Below, piece by piece: positions 35,993 through 49,423 of a DNA stretch of 64,000 bases; the first letter of the stretch is position 1, and each line of letters opens with the position of its first letter. The stretch is from Podarcis pityusensis (taxonomy: Eukaryota). Where the stretch lies: assembly GCA_964106645.2 (NCBI GenBank), contig OZ067047.1. One strand, 5' to 3'. The notes below the pieces were generated by a model. It did not search any database. It saw nothing but the letters and a program-made list of their open reading frames with translations, and had not been told where the DNA came from. A program made the position numbers and the translations under genes.

Positions 35993-37540
35993 AGTCTGTT
36001 CAGCAGCCTCAGCTTTTACAGCTGGAGTCAGTCAGGTCCCCACCCTCATTCCTTCGTTCTCACCCACTCTTGTAGCCACCCATGCTACCCCAAGTCTCTC
36101 TTGAGGTTCAGGAGGCCATCCTGAGATGGAGTCAGTGCACTGCTGGGGAGGAAGGATTCCAGCTTCAGGAGGTACTCCACCCAATTAGGGATGATTCCAT
36201 TCCCAGCAGACCCTTGTGTCTCTCATCCCACATATTCAGAAGGGCCTCATTACCACCCAGAGAGGCCTGGGGTAATGCAGGGGGCTGGGGTGGTGGCAAG
36301 GGGAGAAATTTTCCTATCATGTACATCCTTCCATTCACTTATCTGAGGTTTGGAGTCATAAAGTTTAAAGGTGAAATACTACGACTAATTCTTATTATTG
36401 AAACTTTATATAGCTGGAAAGGAAAGGAGGCAGTAGAAAACTTTCCTTCCATCAACTTCCTTAAGAAAGTCTATGGTTTTTCCAAGTTGAACAAATAAAT
36501 CTGTTTATGATGAAACTTGGGTAAAGAAAGAAAAAGAAATGCTTTCAACCCATAGATGAACAATGCTAATGTGATTATTACACAAAAGAGTTCACTGTTC
36601 TGTGACTCTTTATGCTAAACACCCAATGATGCTGACTTTTTGCTTCAGAACATTTCTCTGTGTTGCAGGAAAAGCAGGATTTGTTGATTCCACTTCCCTT
36701 GGTTGGAAAGCTGAGCAGCAGGGCTGAAAGCAAACATGTCCATGGATTTTTTGACTATTATTTTTTTAAAGCTTTTTAAATGGGGATATTTTCTTACTAA
36801 GCTTTCAATTTAGACTGAGTCATACTAGCTGTTACAGGAGGGATTCCTCTCTGGATTCCATACAAGGCACACATTATCTATTTACATTTGGATCAGTTGC
36901 AGGAAGAGATTATCAAATTCATTTCATTAACTTTAAACCACTCTGGTCCTCCCAAACTCCAAATTAGTGCCGATTTACAAGTAACGTTCTGGGCTCTGTA
37001 CAGAAGAATAATAAGGCTATTATTCCTGGAGGGAAAATGATCTGTTGATTTAGCACACGATATTCTTATTAAAGGAAAACCCAGAAATAAAACTGAGCTT
37101 GTGCTGACATGAAATGGGTCAAATACTTTCAAAGTTCTGGGTGTGTTCCTTTTTTGTGCTATAGCAATACACAGAAACAAATATGGAGTCAACAAAAAAT
37201 GCCTGTAACAGGGCTTGGCTTCCCATCTAGAAAAGTTACATGTAAAACTATGAACTATTAACCTAGGATAATCACAGTCTGCTAATCTGCAATGGACCAG
37301 AGAGTACTGAGTAAACAGAATACTAACTGCTTTTGCAGAGGTTACAGTGCAAAGATTGTGAATATAGGAAGCCAACAGCAGACGTGAAGTTCACAGTATT
37401 TCACAAGAGGTGCCTATAAAGAGAGGAGGTATCTGGAATGGGTGTAAGAGACATCAGGGCTTAAAGACTCTTGTCTGAATGAACTTTCAGCTCTAAGTTT
37501 CAGAGGGCTGTGTTTACTCCTTCTGGACCTTCTGGAACTG

Positions 37541-37771
37541 GACTAAGCCACTTCTGGTGAGCTACAGCAGCACACGAGAACGCAGTTTACCTTCCCGCTG
37601 CAGCGGTACCTATTTATCTACTTGCACTTTGACGTGCTTTCGAACTGCTAGGTTGGCAGAAGCAGGGACCGAGCAACAGGAGCTCACCCCGTCACGGGGA
37701 TTCAAACCGCCGATCTTCTGATCAGTAAGTCCTAGGCTCTGTGGTTTAACCCACAGCGCCACCCGCGTCCC
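37541..37771 (-). mobile_element. Sauria SINE, 3'-truncated
   Basis: Head and body are intact up to gactaagccacttctgg; the tail is absent. Confidence 0.9.
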
Positions 37772-39030
37772 GTTCACTAGGTACTCCTCTGTTAATACAT
37801 AGGATCTCTCTCCACCAACAACGTACCCCATCACTCATAATAACTGGCATTTTGCTAGCAAATTAAATAAAAGACACTACTGTGCCAGGAGGGATTATGA
37901 GAGAGCCAAGAAATTTTGTACCCAGAAAGGGAGCGGAGGGAGTGAATCTTCCCAAACAAATGTGTTTGAAAGGACTCCAAGTCACACATTCCAGGGGCAT
38001 AAGGAAGCTTCCTTTAATTATGATGGATTTATGCATTTCAGGAGATCAACATATGATGTCACATGCTCAATTCCTTTTTGATTCTGCAGCTCTGCTTTTA
38101 GGTTTCAATATGTATCTTCCATGTGGTAAGTCCATTATATATAGGGTCTACAACCAAGACACTGTGCTAGTTGTCAGCAAGAATTTTACATTTCCCCAGC
38201 TGCGAGTGTGTTATGTTTGCCTGAAGCTCAGAGGATGTTCCAATCACTCTGAACCACTCCAGCCTCCTTGGCTGGCTATAGAAGCACCTTATCTGCAGAA
38301 TTAAAAAGTCCTACTTCTTGCATGGCTTTTGTTACCACCTGCATCTCTAAGCTGCCTGCTTCAGCTACCAGCTTATACTTTCTTTTTGTTCTTTTATTTG
38401 GGGGGGAGGGAGATCAATTGCCAAAATGACTAGATTTGACAAATCCAATATTTACAAAAGAGGCTGCAGCTTATGAAAGATGTACATGATTGTTATCATG
38501 TGTTATGCCCAGTCCTGATGCAGAGCATGTTTCCAATTCCTTGGGTGACAAACCAGACCCGCCACTGATCAAAGAAATGAGGGAGCAGGTGGGGTCTTCT
38601 TGGTGCTAGCCCCAAAGGCTCAGAGATTCTGCAAGAAACCTTCAGAGGAATCTCTTTAGGAGCCTTCAGGATCCGATCCAATACAATTGCCAGCAGAAGA
38701 GCCTCTGGTGGAGTCAGAGGGAGAGATTGGGCCACCCTCCATTCCTCAAGAGTGCAAGCATCTAAAGGTCCATGCCTGGGTCATGCCTGAAGATCTAAAA
38801 TTGGTGTGACTCTGGGGTAAAGAACTTCTTATGAATAAGGGGCTCTCCATGCAACCTCAAATATCCAACAGCTTAAGTCAATTCAACTTGCATCTTCAAA
38901 ATATTTGGAGGGGTGGGGGGGTGGGAGTTTTGGTTTCATCAGAAGGCTTTTGTGGTGGTGTAAAAAAATATGAAAACAATTCACTTTGAAAGATGTTGCA
39001 GTGGAGGATACAAATAAATATCATGTAGGG

Positions 39031-39380
39031 CAGGGGTGTCCAACAGCTCAATCGTGATCTACTGGTAGATCCCCGGGAGGTTTTGGTAGATCACGGTCGA
39101 TCACTGGCTCCCTTTCCATAGCGGTGGTAAAATAGAATCCGTCCCCGTCCCCTTGTTCTGTCCTCCATTGTTGCATGATCTCCAGAACAGAAGACGGAGT
39201 TTTCACAGTGAGGCTGACTGTTTGATAGCGGTTTTTTGGTGAGCGACTCTTCCCCTTTCCTCCCCCCCCCCAAAAAATTACTTAGTCCTGAAACCCCCCC
39301 CCCCAAAAAAAAGGGGTAGATCACTGCCAGTTTTTTATTGTATGAGTAGATTGCAGTCTCTTAGGAGCTGGCCGTCCCTG
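39031..39380. mobile_element. hAT/Charlie-type non-autonomous element
   Basis: Termini CAGGGGTGTCCAAC and GCTGGCCGTCCCTG, repeated GGTAGATC motifs, and a perfect 8-bp TSD ATGTAGGG (39023-30, 39381-88). Confidence 0.88.
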
Positions 39381-40061
39381 ATGTAGGGTGATGATAATTA
39401 TCATCATCATTAAGCTTTGAAGACCTGGTTTCCAAATCAGTATTTTACAAAATATGCAAATGACTAGACGTCCATGATGGTGCTGTGATTGCAACAAGGC
39501 CTTGAATTTCCTTGAATTCATTTCCCTCCACTGTGAATGGCTGAAGTGTCCATCATTTACCAGGTTAAAACAGAGCAACTTTACTGGCTCTGTCAGCAAC
39601 CTGCTTACAATAGGGGCTGTGCTACGTATACCAAACACATCATATACGGCTTATATTAATGCCACGTTAGGGTAACCTGACACTGAAACACACAGTAAAT
39701 AACATATCTATATTTTATAAATGCATGTTGAAGAAGATCAGTCACGCCTGCCTTGTCAAGACTCTGACTTCCAAAAATGCAGAATTTAAGTTTTGTCATG
39801 CATGGTATTTACTTTATTTTGCCAAATGTTTAAACTTATCCAATCTCAAAGGCAATGACATTACACATTACATGCATATACATGTAGTTGTAATGTTCTG
39901 CTGTCTACCCTCAAACTTCCCCAGCCTAGTACCCAATTTACTTTGTGAGAAGAAGTAGGGAGGGTGGAGAACAGGCCTGTATGTATGAAGACCATGCATT
40001 GGAATCTCCATTGGGCAGTTTCTCCCATTTAGAACTTTGGGAATACCTACATGTGTGATTA

Positions 40062-40272
40062 CAGTGGTACCTCTGGGTAAGAACTTACTTCGTTCTGGAG
40101 AACCTGAAACTGTTCTTGACCTGAGGTACCACTTTAGCTAATGGGGCCTCCCACGGCCGCCGCCACAGCACAATTTCTGTTCTCATCCTGAAGCAAAGTT
40201 CTTAACCTGAGGTACTATTTCTGGGTTAGCGGAGTCTGTAACCTGAAGCGTCTGTAACCCGAGGTACCACTG
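40062..40272 (-). mobile_element. Tigger/pogo-like MITE, copy 3
   Basis: TA-CAGTGGTACCTC...GAGGTACCACTG-TA. Confidence 0.9.
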
Positions 40273-43200
40273 TAGATAGTTACTGTGCTAGCAACTACCA
40301 TACCTGTTGGGCAGGGTTGAGCAAGAAATCTTTCTTTTGCGCTCTGCAGAACTGCCTGCCTATTCATCCTGATTTCAAGCTTGCCTCACTTCTACGGCAC
40401 ATTATTTTTGTAAAGATCTGGGATAGTCTTTTAAAGAACTCATAATTTCAGCCACTTGCATGGTCTCCTTGCTATTCTCTTGCTTGCTAGGTTCCCTGAT
40501 GTTTCAGTGAGGGCTTAATATCAATACTTCCTCTTGACTCGTACTGAGAAAAAGAGAGAATGGAGCAAAAGTAAGAGCAGCAGAATATGTCTGGCACAAT
40601 ATAGGGAATAGAAGAATTAGATTTATAAAGCCTTTATCATGCTAGAACTTGTTAATGCAAATACTGAATGGCCCAAATTGTAAGCCAGCTTTTGTTCACT
40701 TTATGTCTTTTCCGCAATGTAACATTCAAAAAGCTTTCTTTATGTCCGTCCATCCAACATAAAAGTACAGAATACATTCAATCTGTTTATGGTTTGGAGA
40801 GGAAAGGTATGTTCAAGGTTTATGAGGATAGGACCTTTAGCTTCTAGTTCTCATCCCTGCCCTACTGATTTACTCAAGCTTTTATATTAAGGCTGCCTTT
40901 AACTTGAAGTATGAATTTTTCTGCAGATTTATGTCAGACAATGTACAGCAATATATAGTAACTTGCAGTGTGAAATGATCAGCACTGCAAATATGCCCTG
41001 TTCTTCCATCAGCTGAACATTCTAGCCAGTGTCATACAGTTGCTTTAGTGCCAACTACATGTTACATTAAGCACTTTAAGAAACGAAAGTATGCTTAACC
41101 CTGGGCACTTTTATTGAAAGGAAAAGCAGACTCTATATAGGTTTTTGGACTATACAGGTGTTTGGTCTGATCCAACAGGGCTTAAGTTCTTTTATACGCA
41201 GCTACTCTCTGCCTCCAGGGGTTCTGTTTATCGTGCAAATAATTATCTCTCCATCCATTACCTAATCAGCTCACAGGTTGTGAGTTAAACTGCTCAGGCT
41301 AGCTTATTGCAAAACTATAGTTAGTCCCAAGTAAGTTGGTATGAAATCTTAGGCGATTGCTTTTCATCACTAAAGTATTGGGACCTGCTCAAAAAGGAGT
41401 GCACTGGGGATGCTGTGCTTATTCATCTAACTTAAGGAGTGGCCTATATCCTTAGGTGCCCCTTTTGTCTCTCCTGAAACTAGGCTGAAATGATCTGTAT
41501 GATGGTCAGATTATACAATAACGTTGACATCTCCTTGGTGCAGCTTTTAGTGTTATGAAGCACATGTGCATGGATAACATGAGGCCATTGCCCTCACCGC
41601 TCTCTCAAAATTCAAACTGTGGCCCTTGGTCCAAAAAGGTTGGTGAGCCCTGTTAACAGCTGAGTGCAAATATACAAGTCCTTACAGAACACACATTGGA
41701 GTATGGCAACAATTCTAGAACTGACTTGCAGTATGGTAAAACAATTCACTGAACTCTGAACCGATGCGTGATGTTTTATTTGTTCCATTATTACACAAGA
41801 AATTTAAAAAAGAAAGGGAATTGCAATCTTCCTTGCTCGAGCATTTCAATTCATACATTCAAGTATAAATGAAGTTACTCTGGGGGGAAAGGGGGTTTAT
41901 GACCATATAAAAGCACCTAAACAATTTCCACTGGTTTCCCCTCCTGCACTAGAAACTGAAGATTGGCAGGTTTCATACCAAGCAAGCTGTTAGCTATCTA
42001 GTGCACTAATGCTAACACTGACTCATGCTTGTAGCTGTTTTCCCCGCACATAATAAAACATGCCTGTATGTGTTCAGGCAGGAAGGCATTTCCAAGAAAA
42101 TGTATTGAATGCCAAGGATTTGACCATCTGCCACTTAAGCCATTAGGAGTTTTGCCTCTGATTTATTGAGGACAAGCTGGACCCAGGCAGTGAAAGTGTG
42201 AGCAAACATCATTTTAAAGCCAGGAAGCTCTTGATAAGATTTTTGTTGCTGTTCCTTGGCATAGCTTGCTGATTCATTTCTTTGCAAGTGTATCACAACC
42301 TATCCATCTGTGTTAAGGCAGATTGCAGCACTGGGTATATGTGACCAGTGCAACTGCAAAAAGTTCCCTGCCACACATGCATTTCAAAACATGAAAGTAC
42401 AAATATATAAATAAGACCACCCCATGCTCCTCCAGCCATTAAATGGCTACCCAATGCTCAAACTTGTGCTCTGGCAGACCTTCACTAAATTGAATTTCAG
42501 AGTTAAGAAGAAACCCATTGAATGCCTCTGTATTCACCATAGTTTAATGCCTGCCCATTAAAAAAAAAAAAAAGTAGGCACGTTTTAAATTTTTGTGGCT
42601 GTGACAATATTCTTGAAAGTGCATGAGCGGTGCTACTTAAATCCTGTGGCTGAATGCAGGGCCTCAATGCTCAACACAATTCCCTGTCCTTCTGCATGCA
42701 TAGCTGAAGATTGTTCAGAATCTGGGGAATTGTGCAAAATTGTTGAGTTTGCATTGTCAATACGGGTCGCAGAATTTGTCTTTTTCTAGAATGTGTCTTA
42801 AGGGCTTTGCTGTTTTTAAAACTTAGAATACATGCAGCAAAGATGAGTATGCTGATCTGAGACCATGCAGGAGCCTGAACTCTTCATACATTTCATAACC
42901 TGCTTTAAAGTTCAGAATGCCCCAGATATAAAGTTCAAAAAATGTCTTCTGGGGCAACGTTCTATATCTGTGCTTGGAAAGGATTGCTGTTTCTACAGCT
43001 ATTACCTGAACAATACTAACAACAATAGATGAGGGAGCTATTTATTTCCTTGGACGCAAAGACTACCAAAGTGAAAATTTCCTGTTTTTGAATGCTTCTG
43101 AAAAGTGGAGAATGTTGATTACTATGACAGCCGTAAGGAATATGCAGATGTTGCTGGAGATGTGTCATTTGCACAATAATCTAATAAACAATTGGTGTTT

Positions 43201-43633
43201 TGAAGCCTATTGTTTACCATTAAGCAAGTCTTGCCTGAATGGGAGTATCAAGGACGTTCTGTCCTGAACCTAACATACTAACTGAATTTTTGCTCATTTA
43301 AAGATGTTTAATAAGCAAATTTATTATATAGAAAACAGAAAACTACAGAATTATAGAGCTTGGCTGTAACATACAAGCAACAAGGCATATTCAACAACAG
43401 AAACATTCTGGTCCTAAATTATCAATAGGAAACTCATTCTCTGGTTGCCTATCCTTACGTAGCCCAAAGAGTACCATCATTTCAATCGATAAGAAGAAGG
43501 TAGCAGATTGGAGTGAACCCTAATGTTTGCAGTTAAGAAAAAAGAGGGAACCCTAAGGGAGACCCCCCCCCAAAAAACCCAGCCCATTATAAACATAGAA
43601 ATCTGTCTTATACCGAATCAGACTACTGGTATA

Positions 43634-43817
43634 CAGGCAACAATCAATTTGTATGGGGCTTAGATTCCTGATCCCCTTATGCATTGGTGGTGCATGCATA
43701 AGCTTCACTCCGCCCCATTCCGCTCCATTCCGTCTCCCATTCTGCCCCCTTTTCCAGCCACTTCCGGGTCACCACGATGTGCATGTGTGTGGTCATGCAT
43801 GAATCAGTCGTTGCCTG
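43634..43817. mobile_element. Tc1/mariner-type MITE nested in a SINE
   Basis: TA-CAGGCAAC...GTTGCCTG-TA with extended imperfect TIRs. Confidence 0.8.
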
Positions 43818-43841
43818 TATCTAGTACAGCATTGTCTACAC

Positions 43842-43979
43842 CAGCCTTTCTCAACCTGTGGGTTCCCAGATGTTGTTGAACTACAACTCCCATTACCCCT
43901 AGCTAGCAAGGCCAGAGCTCAGGGATGATGGGACTTGTAGTCCAACAACATCTGGGGACCCACAGGTTGAGAACTGCTG
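43842..43979. mobile_element. Palindromic hAT/Charlie MITE nested in a SINE
   Basis: TIR cagcctttctcaacctgtggg / cccacaggttgagaactgctg; perfect 8-bp TSD GTCTACAC (43834-41, 43980-87). Confidence 0.92.
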
Positions 43980-45196
43980 GTCTACACCAATTGGCTGTGG
44001 CTCTCCAGGGTTTCAGACTAGTGGCATTCTCATCTCTACCAGGAGATGCCAGGGGCTGAACCTTCTGCATGCCAAGCAGATGCTCTACAACTGAGTTAGC
44101 TCTTCCTCACTGATGACTGAGCATTCTCAGCAGGCATGGAATCCTAGAAATTAATACTGAATTTTTCAAAATGACACCAGATGGGATTTGAGTAAAAACA
44201 TTATCAATCTGAATAATGGTGAAAACTGTAATCCATCTTCATTTGACATTTCTTGTTTTATGGAAAAAAAATTAAAAAGTAGCCAACTGGTGACATAATA
44301 CTTAATTGCCCAGCAGGAATATAAAAGAAGATATAACACTTTTGATTTCATGAGGCCATATTTAAAATGTTATGTTCCTAGTACGTGTACCGGAATCACC
44401 ACACTCTGAGGGGGGGGAAACGCTTCCTGTTCTGCCACATCTGAAACATTAACCTACTAATGGAGAAAGGGTCAGAAGAATTTATTTACCACACTGTTGT
44501 TTCAAATACCTCATACGCTTATCAAAGGAAGTCTGTGGGCATGGTTCTAAGGGCATTATTCAGTATGTGACGTCCATTGTTAGCTTTTTCCAAGGCTTCC
44601 CAGAGTTAAGCCATGGAAACTATTACAGAAGTCAGGAACACAGGAAATATTCGTAAACTGGAGGCTCCCTCTGAGGACGTGGAGAGTACATTTCTCTTGC
44701 CACTAAGTAACTGAAGAATTTTCAGTCACAGGAATGATGATTATGATGATTAGCAAGAGTAGATAAGGCAGAAGCAAAATCTGGAAACGTAAAGCAAAAA
44801 GAGGCAAAAGACTGGATTAAGCTGAACCAGGGCCATTAGGAACCTTTAACTGCTGGTGCTGACTTTGTCCAAAGTGGCAGGGGAACCTCTCATCCTGCTC
44901 CCCACAAGAACTGAAGGGGTGATCTAGAATCTACTATGATATCCAGGAGGATTCTAGGAACTGTCCACATTGAAGCCGCAGGTCCTGTGTGGCTTCTCAT
45001 TAGGTGCAGTAGTGGCCAAAGTGGCAGGGCACAGAAACGGAGGTATTACCTATTCAGTTTTGGAAACTTGCTGTTTTCAACAGCAGCCTGCCTTTGATGC
45101 TGCACTGGGCTCGGCGGTTTGTCCTCCTCTTCCTCCTCAACGTTGGGGTTGTTGAGCCCCCTGCTAAGGAATATTGAGGGGGCTGACCCCAACAAC

Positions 45197-45635
45197 AGTC
45201 CCCTGCAATGTGGGAATCTCAACTAGATCATCCATGACAGATGGCCATCCAGACTCTGCTTAAAAGCCTCCAGGGAAGGAGAGTCCACCACCTCTTCTGA
45301 GAGTCTGTTGCACTGTTGAACAGCTCTTACTGTCAGAAAGTTCTTCTTGATGTTTAGTGGGAATCTCCTTTCTTGCAACTTGAATCCATTGGTTTGTGTC
45401 CTAGCCTCTGAATCAGGAGAAAACAAGCATGTTCCATCTTCCATGTGAAAGCCCTTTAGATATTTGAAGATGGCTATCATATCTCATCTCGGTCTTTACC
45501 AGGCTAAACATACCCAATTCCCTCAACTGTTCCTCACAAATCTTGGTTTCCAGACCTTTGGTCATCTTCGTCACCCTCCTCTGCATACATTCTGGCTTGT
45601 CAACATCCTTCTTAAATTGTAGTGGCCAGAACTGG

Positions 45636-45640
<5 letters not shown>
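45197..45640 (-). mobile_element. CR1 LINE 3' fragment
   Basis: Frameshifted peptides CVQFWPLQFKKDVDK..QRRVTKM..GLE..LRELGMFSL and MIAIFKYLKG..NFLTVRAV match the CR1 RT C-terminus. Confidence 0.92.

Positions 45641-45670
<30 letters not shown>
45636..45670. repeat. (CA)n microsatellite
   Basis: Read directly. Confidence 0.95.
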
Positions 45671-45672
<2 letters not shown>

Positions 45673-46092
45673 AAATGATTCAAACTTAAATTATCTGATA
45701 TGTCTGGATATAAGGATACAAATGTGCTCTGAATAAATGATGGAATTATACTTCTGACATTAGTAGAGGATCTCAAGCTGTGGCAGTATTCAGTTATCTT
45801 CATAGTGCAACATCTGGTGGGTTTCCTGCCATGCAAATCTCATGAAACCTCTGCATTAAATTTAGTTGTAAGTGCACACTAGACTGAGACCTCATTGTTG
45901 TGAAACAGAATGAGAAATCATGCAAATTCATTAAAAGCTGAGAAATCCAGTGAGAAAACGTCTGTGTTTCTATATGCCTCTTCCCTCTAATTCCCTACAT
46001 GTCCAGTTCCTTCTTCCACTCTACCTCAGAGTCCAATAAGAGATGCCCCCAAATTCTTCACAACCTCTACTAAGAACATGGATTAAATCCTT

Positions 46093-46224
46093 GCATGCAG
46101 AGTTTGCTTCATCTGCATGCCAATGGAAGGTTCCGGGTGTTATTGGTTCCAACATTCTAGAATGCTGAACTAAGAGCACTCAGAACCTTCCACTGACACG
46201 CACATCTAGCAAAACTCTGCATGC
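46093..46224. repeat. Degenerate ~130-bp palindrome centred on TTCTAGAA
   Basis: Outer arms gcatgcagagtttgct / agcaaaactctgcatgc, inner arms tggaaggttc / gaaccttcca, centre cattctagaatg. Confidence 0.8.
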
Positions 46225-47107
46225 GGCTTATAAGTAGTGGTCCTCAACATCAGTGATGGGGCAGGCCCAGTCCATATAGTATACAGGTATGGCTAGCAGA
46301 GGGCTACCAGCATAAACCAGTCACCTCATTGGCCCTTGTGGATTGCTAGAGGCCTCCGAATAGGCACTGCACTAGTCCTATGGAAACAAGTCCATCTCAC
46401 TTCCTTGCTCATCACACAGCAGTACATGACATGGCAGTAAGTCATGGGTGCAGAGAGAGAGAGACAACTGGAGTGCCTCAGGGTCCCAGAAGGCTAGGGG
46501 CCCTTTACAGTCATCTGATGCAGATGAAGGAAGCATTGTGACCTATGCTCAGTTAGTGTATCATACTTAGATGGGCATTTGGCTAATGGAGTACTGTGTC
46601 AAGCAGCTTTGGCTTTCTTCTTAAAATTAAAAAAGACTCAAAATTGTGGCACATAAAAAAGCACCTTGAACCAATTTACATGAAAGTTCTGGAAAATCTA
46701 TTTTGGCAAATGACATTACCAAAGAATGCTCAGTTGCATCCTCATGTTGCTTGCATTAGATGAGCGAGCGTACCTTTATTAAACTGAAACTGGTCAAGAA
46801 TGAGCTGGGCAGCTTTTTTTTTCTGTGCTAAATCCCAGGAAAATTCCAAGCCAGAATGGAATTAATGATGGGTGAAGCCAGAGTCAAATGTGATCAGAAC
46901 TTCCCCTTTTTTTCTCTCTTACATGGGCATGGCCCAACCCCAAGACATGGGGTCTTATCCCTGATCTCACACTGCATCTTTGAGACGGAGTCAATACAAA
47001 AAAGGAGCACTTCCCCCCATTGTCCTCCATCTAGGAGCCAAGAAGAAATGGCAAGCACAAGTTGGCTTTCGCTGCCTATGTTCCTGACAGTTGGTTGGAG
47101 CTCCGAG

Positions 47108-47333
47108 GCAAAGTGTGGCATAATGGTTAGTGTGTGTTGGACTATGACCTAGGAGGCCAGGGTTTGAATCCTCCTCACCCAGCCATGAAGCTCACTGGGT
47201 GACCATCTCTTAGCTTAACCTACCTCACAGGGTTGCTGTGGGGATGAAATGGGGAGGGGAGAACCATGTACACCAAATTGAGCTTCTTGGAAGAAAATGG
47301 TGCTATATAAACGTAATAAATAATAATAAATAA
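47108..47333 (+). mobile_element. MIR/CORE-type SINE (Squam3-like)
   Basis: A and B boxes, gccatgaagctcactgggtgacc, and an (AATAA)n tail. Confidence 0.8.
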
Positions 47334-48242
47334 GAGAAAGGCTGGGAGATGGGCAGCACATGCTCTTAGGCTCCTTCAAGCAGTGCTTCCCTATGATCTC
47401 ACCCCACCCAGCCAGTCATTACAAAGGGTAAGATTGGGGGAGCCAGGGCATGAGTGATATTCAGCCACCAGCTGAATATCCAACCAACAACCCAGTGTTT
47501 TCCCATTGAAGTGATAGGGCATAACCTAAGTTCTACTACAGGGCAAGAAAGCCTTAACCACCTTATTATGCTCTCAGCCAAAAGTGAGCTTGCTAGGCAA
47601 ATTTCTTTGACAATTTCAATAGGCTCATGAGAAATGAAAGCAAGGAAGGAGCCATTCAAGTTGGCCAACTGTGTAAGTATCAGGTGATTCTTTAAATGCT
47701 GTATTAAAGCAACATTTTGTTTGAATTGTGAGAATGTTTGATCGTTTCTGCTCTTCATTTTAGTGAGCATACCGTTTATAAATAATATGGTTATTTGTAA
47801 TTTCCTAAGGTTGTACAATATTCCTTTTTACATTTCAGTAAAGTAAGTTAGATAAAGCAGATTAAATTAACTAACAACCACGAGTGCCAGTTCACGAGAT
47901 AGACAAACCATTTGCCTACATAGCAAATTAAGCATTCGTGGTTATTAATAAATTTATAATAATCAAATACTACGTACTAAACTGTATAGTTATTATGCCA
48001 ATGTTCCATGTTACCCACTGGCAGCTGGGGGGGGCATGAGGACCCCAGGATGATGTTTTGCCCCACACCCCAGGTTACCCCTCTGCAGCCCTGCAATAGA
48101 GACCATGAACCCTCCTAACAAAAACAAGCACAACTGCACAGACATCGACTACCAGGGTCTCTACATTTTTGTAAGCCTCAGTTCAACTGATGATGAATAA
48201 AATGGACTCTCTCTCCCAAATTCTCACTTTAATAAAATGTCT

Positions 48243-48248
48243 TTTATT
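48243..48248 (-). terminator. Polyadenylation signal of the AKAP-like gene
   Basis: AATAAA on the minus strand about 160 nt after the stop codon, followed by T-rich sequence. No genomic poly(A) tract. Confidence 0.55.
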
Positions 48249-48409
48249 GACGATCTTGCCCAGCTATCATGTAGAATGATCAGATGAATTTGGTGCGTCA
48301 TTGCTTGCAGTCATGCTATGGTGGTACGTACATATCGGGTGCATTCGCAAAGTGTGGTTGTGGGTGCCTGTTGCTGGGACGAATTAATATGAGAGGGAAG
48401 AGGTGGCTC

Positions 48410-49423
48410 TTATAAGTTGGCAAGAAGCCAGCGGATCAGTCCACACTGAGGCCTTTTCCCCATCGCTTCCTCCATCTGCACTCTTTCGAGGTACCTCATT
48501 ACTCTCTGAAGGATATCTCCCACGCTGTAGCCCTTCTTGGTTGCCTTCTGAGCCAGCCGTGGAAGATCAGCCAGCTCTCCTTCTCTGTCATTTAAGAATG
48601 TCAGGTTGGGCACATTGAAGTGAGAAGCCACCATCCACTGGAGGACAGCCTGGAGCTCTTTGTTCAGTGAATCGCTTTCGCCATTCTGGTTAGTCACGAT
48701 CACCCCATTCGGACCCATTTGCCTCATATTAGCTCTTACTAGGGAAGCTCTCCTCGGCACTCCTAAATGTTGGGATGAACCACTGTATTGCTTATGTGAT
48801 GTGTCGCCACTGGCTAAGTTGGAGCCATTGCCCCCAGTCTCTAAGAGACACAACTTGGTCATAGACTTCACCAGTTGGTCAATATCCAGCATCTCCATAG
48901 GGTCCATGTTGCCATACATCTCCCATGGATTCGCATTTTGTTTTGCAACAGCCTTTATCCTCTGGGGCCTGCTTTCAGGAGGAGGGGCCTGTCGGTGGCC
49001 CCTGTTTGTGTTGCTGGAATTGTCTTCTGCATTGGAAACAGCTTCACGCATCACCTTCTGGATGGTTGACGAGAGGATACTTGTAAGATCTTCCTTTCTA
49101 GGTTCTTGGTGTTGAGGTTGGTGTTGAGGTTCCTGCCGCCCCCCTCGTCTCGAAGGGCTAAGGTTCGGGAACTTGGAGCCCATGCTTCCCGTTCCCCTCT
49201 CAAAATTAGTATCGGGGCGATTGAAGCCAAATGAAGAACTACTTGGCTTAGGAGCTCCACCATGCTTGCTTTTGTCCAATAGCTGCTTCTGTATCTTCGT
49301 TAATGCACTATCGATAATGTGTTTTGCACATTCATCCATTGAAATGAGCTTTTCTAGACATTTGCTTCCAGAGGGATGAGGCTCTGTCTGTCGGCTTCCC
49401 TTTTCCTTTCCATGGCTATACAT
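48410..49423 (-). CDS. AKAP3/AKAP4-like sperm fibrous-sheath A-kinase anchor family protein, C-terminal portion only (337 aa)
   Basis: Aligns with the recalled AKAP4/3 C-terminus: AKHIIDSALTKIQ ~ AKDLIVSALKLIQ; IDQLVKSMTKLCL ~ IDKLVESVMKLCL; LNKELQAVLQWMVASHFNVPNL ~ LQKQLQAVLQWIAASQFNVPML; KGYSVG; terminal WLLANL*. The ATG has A at -3. An in-frame TGA lies at 49469-71. Family assignment is confident; functional status and orthology are not. Confidence 0.8.
   Translation of the reverse strand: MYSHGKEKGSRQTEPHPSGSKCLEKLISMDECAKHIIDSALTKIQKQLLDKSKHGGAPKPSSSSFGFNRPDTNFERGTGSMGSKFPNLSPSRRGGRQEPQHQPQHQEPRKEDLTSILSSTIQKVMREAVSNAEDNSSNTNRGHRQAPPPESRPQRIKAVAKQNANPWEMYGNMDPMEMLDIDQLVKSMTKLCLLETGGNGSNLASGDTSHKQYSGSSQHLGVPRRASLVRANMRQMGPNGVIVTNQNGESDSLNKELQAVLQWMVASHFNVPNLTFLNDREGELADLPRLAQKATKKGYSVGDILQRVMRYLERVQMEEAMGKRPQCGLIRWLLANL

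Larger units (their letters stand above)
43591..44106 (-). mobile_element. Squam2-like SINE split by two nested MITEs
   Basis: SINE pieces 43591-43633, 43818-43841 and 43980-44106 join collinearly with the copy at 11712-11903. Confidence 0.75.

Noticed and set aside
36893-38304. 140-160 aa ORFs (36893-37375, 37882-38304)
   Set aside because: Composition typical of translated non-coding DNA, with no motifs or splice support.
48410-49423. Assigning the symbol AKAP3 or AKAP4, or calling a recent processed pseudogene
   Set aside because: Orthology cannot be resolved by eye and no syntenic neighbours are visible. There is no poly(A) tract or TSD to support a recent retrocopy.
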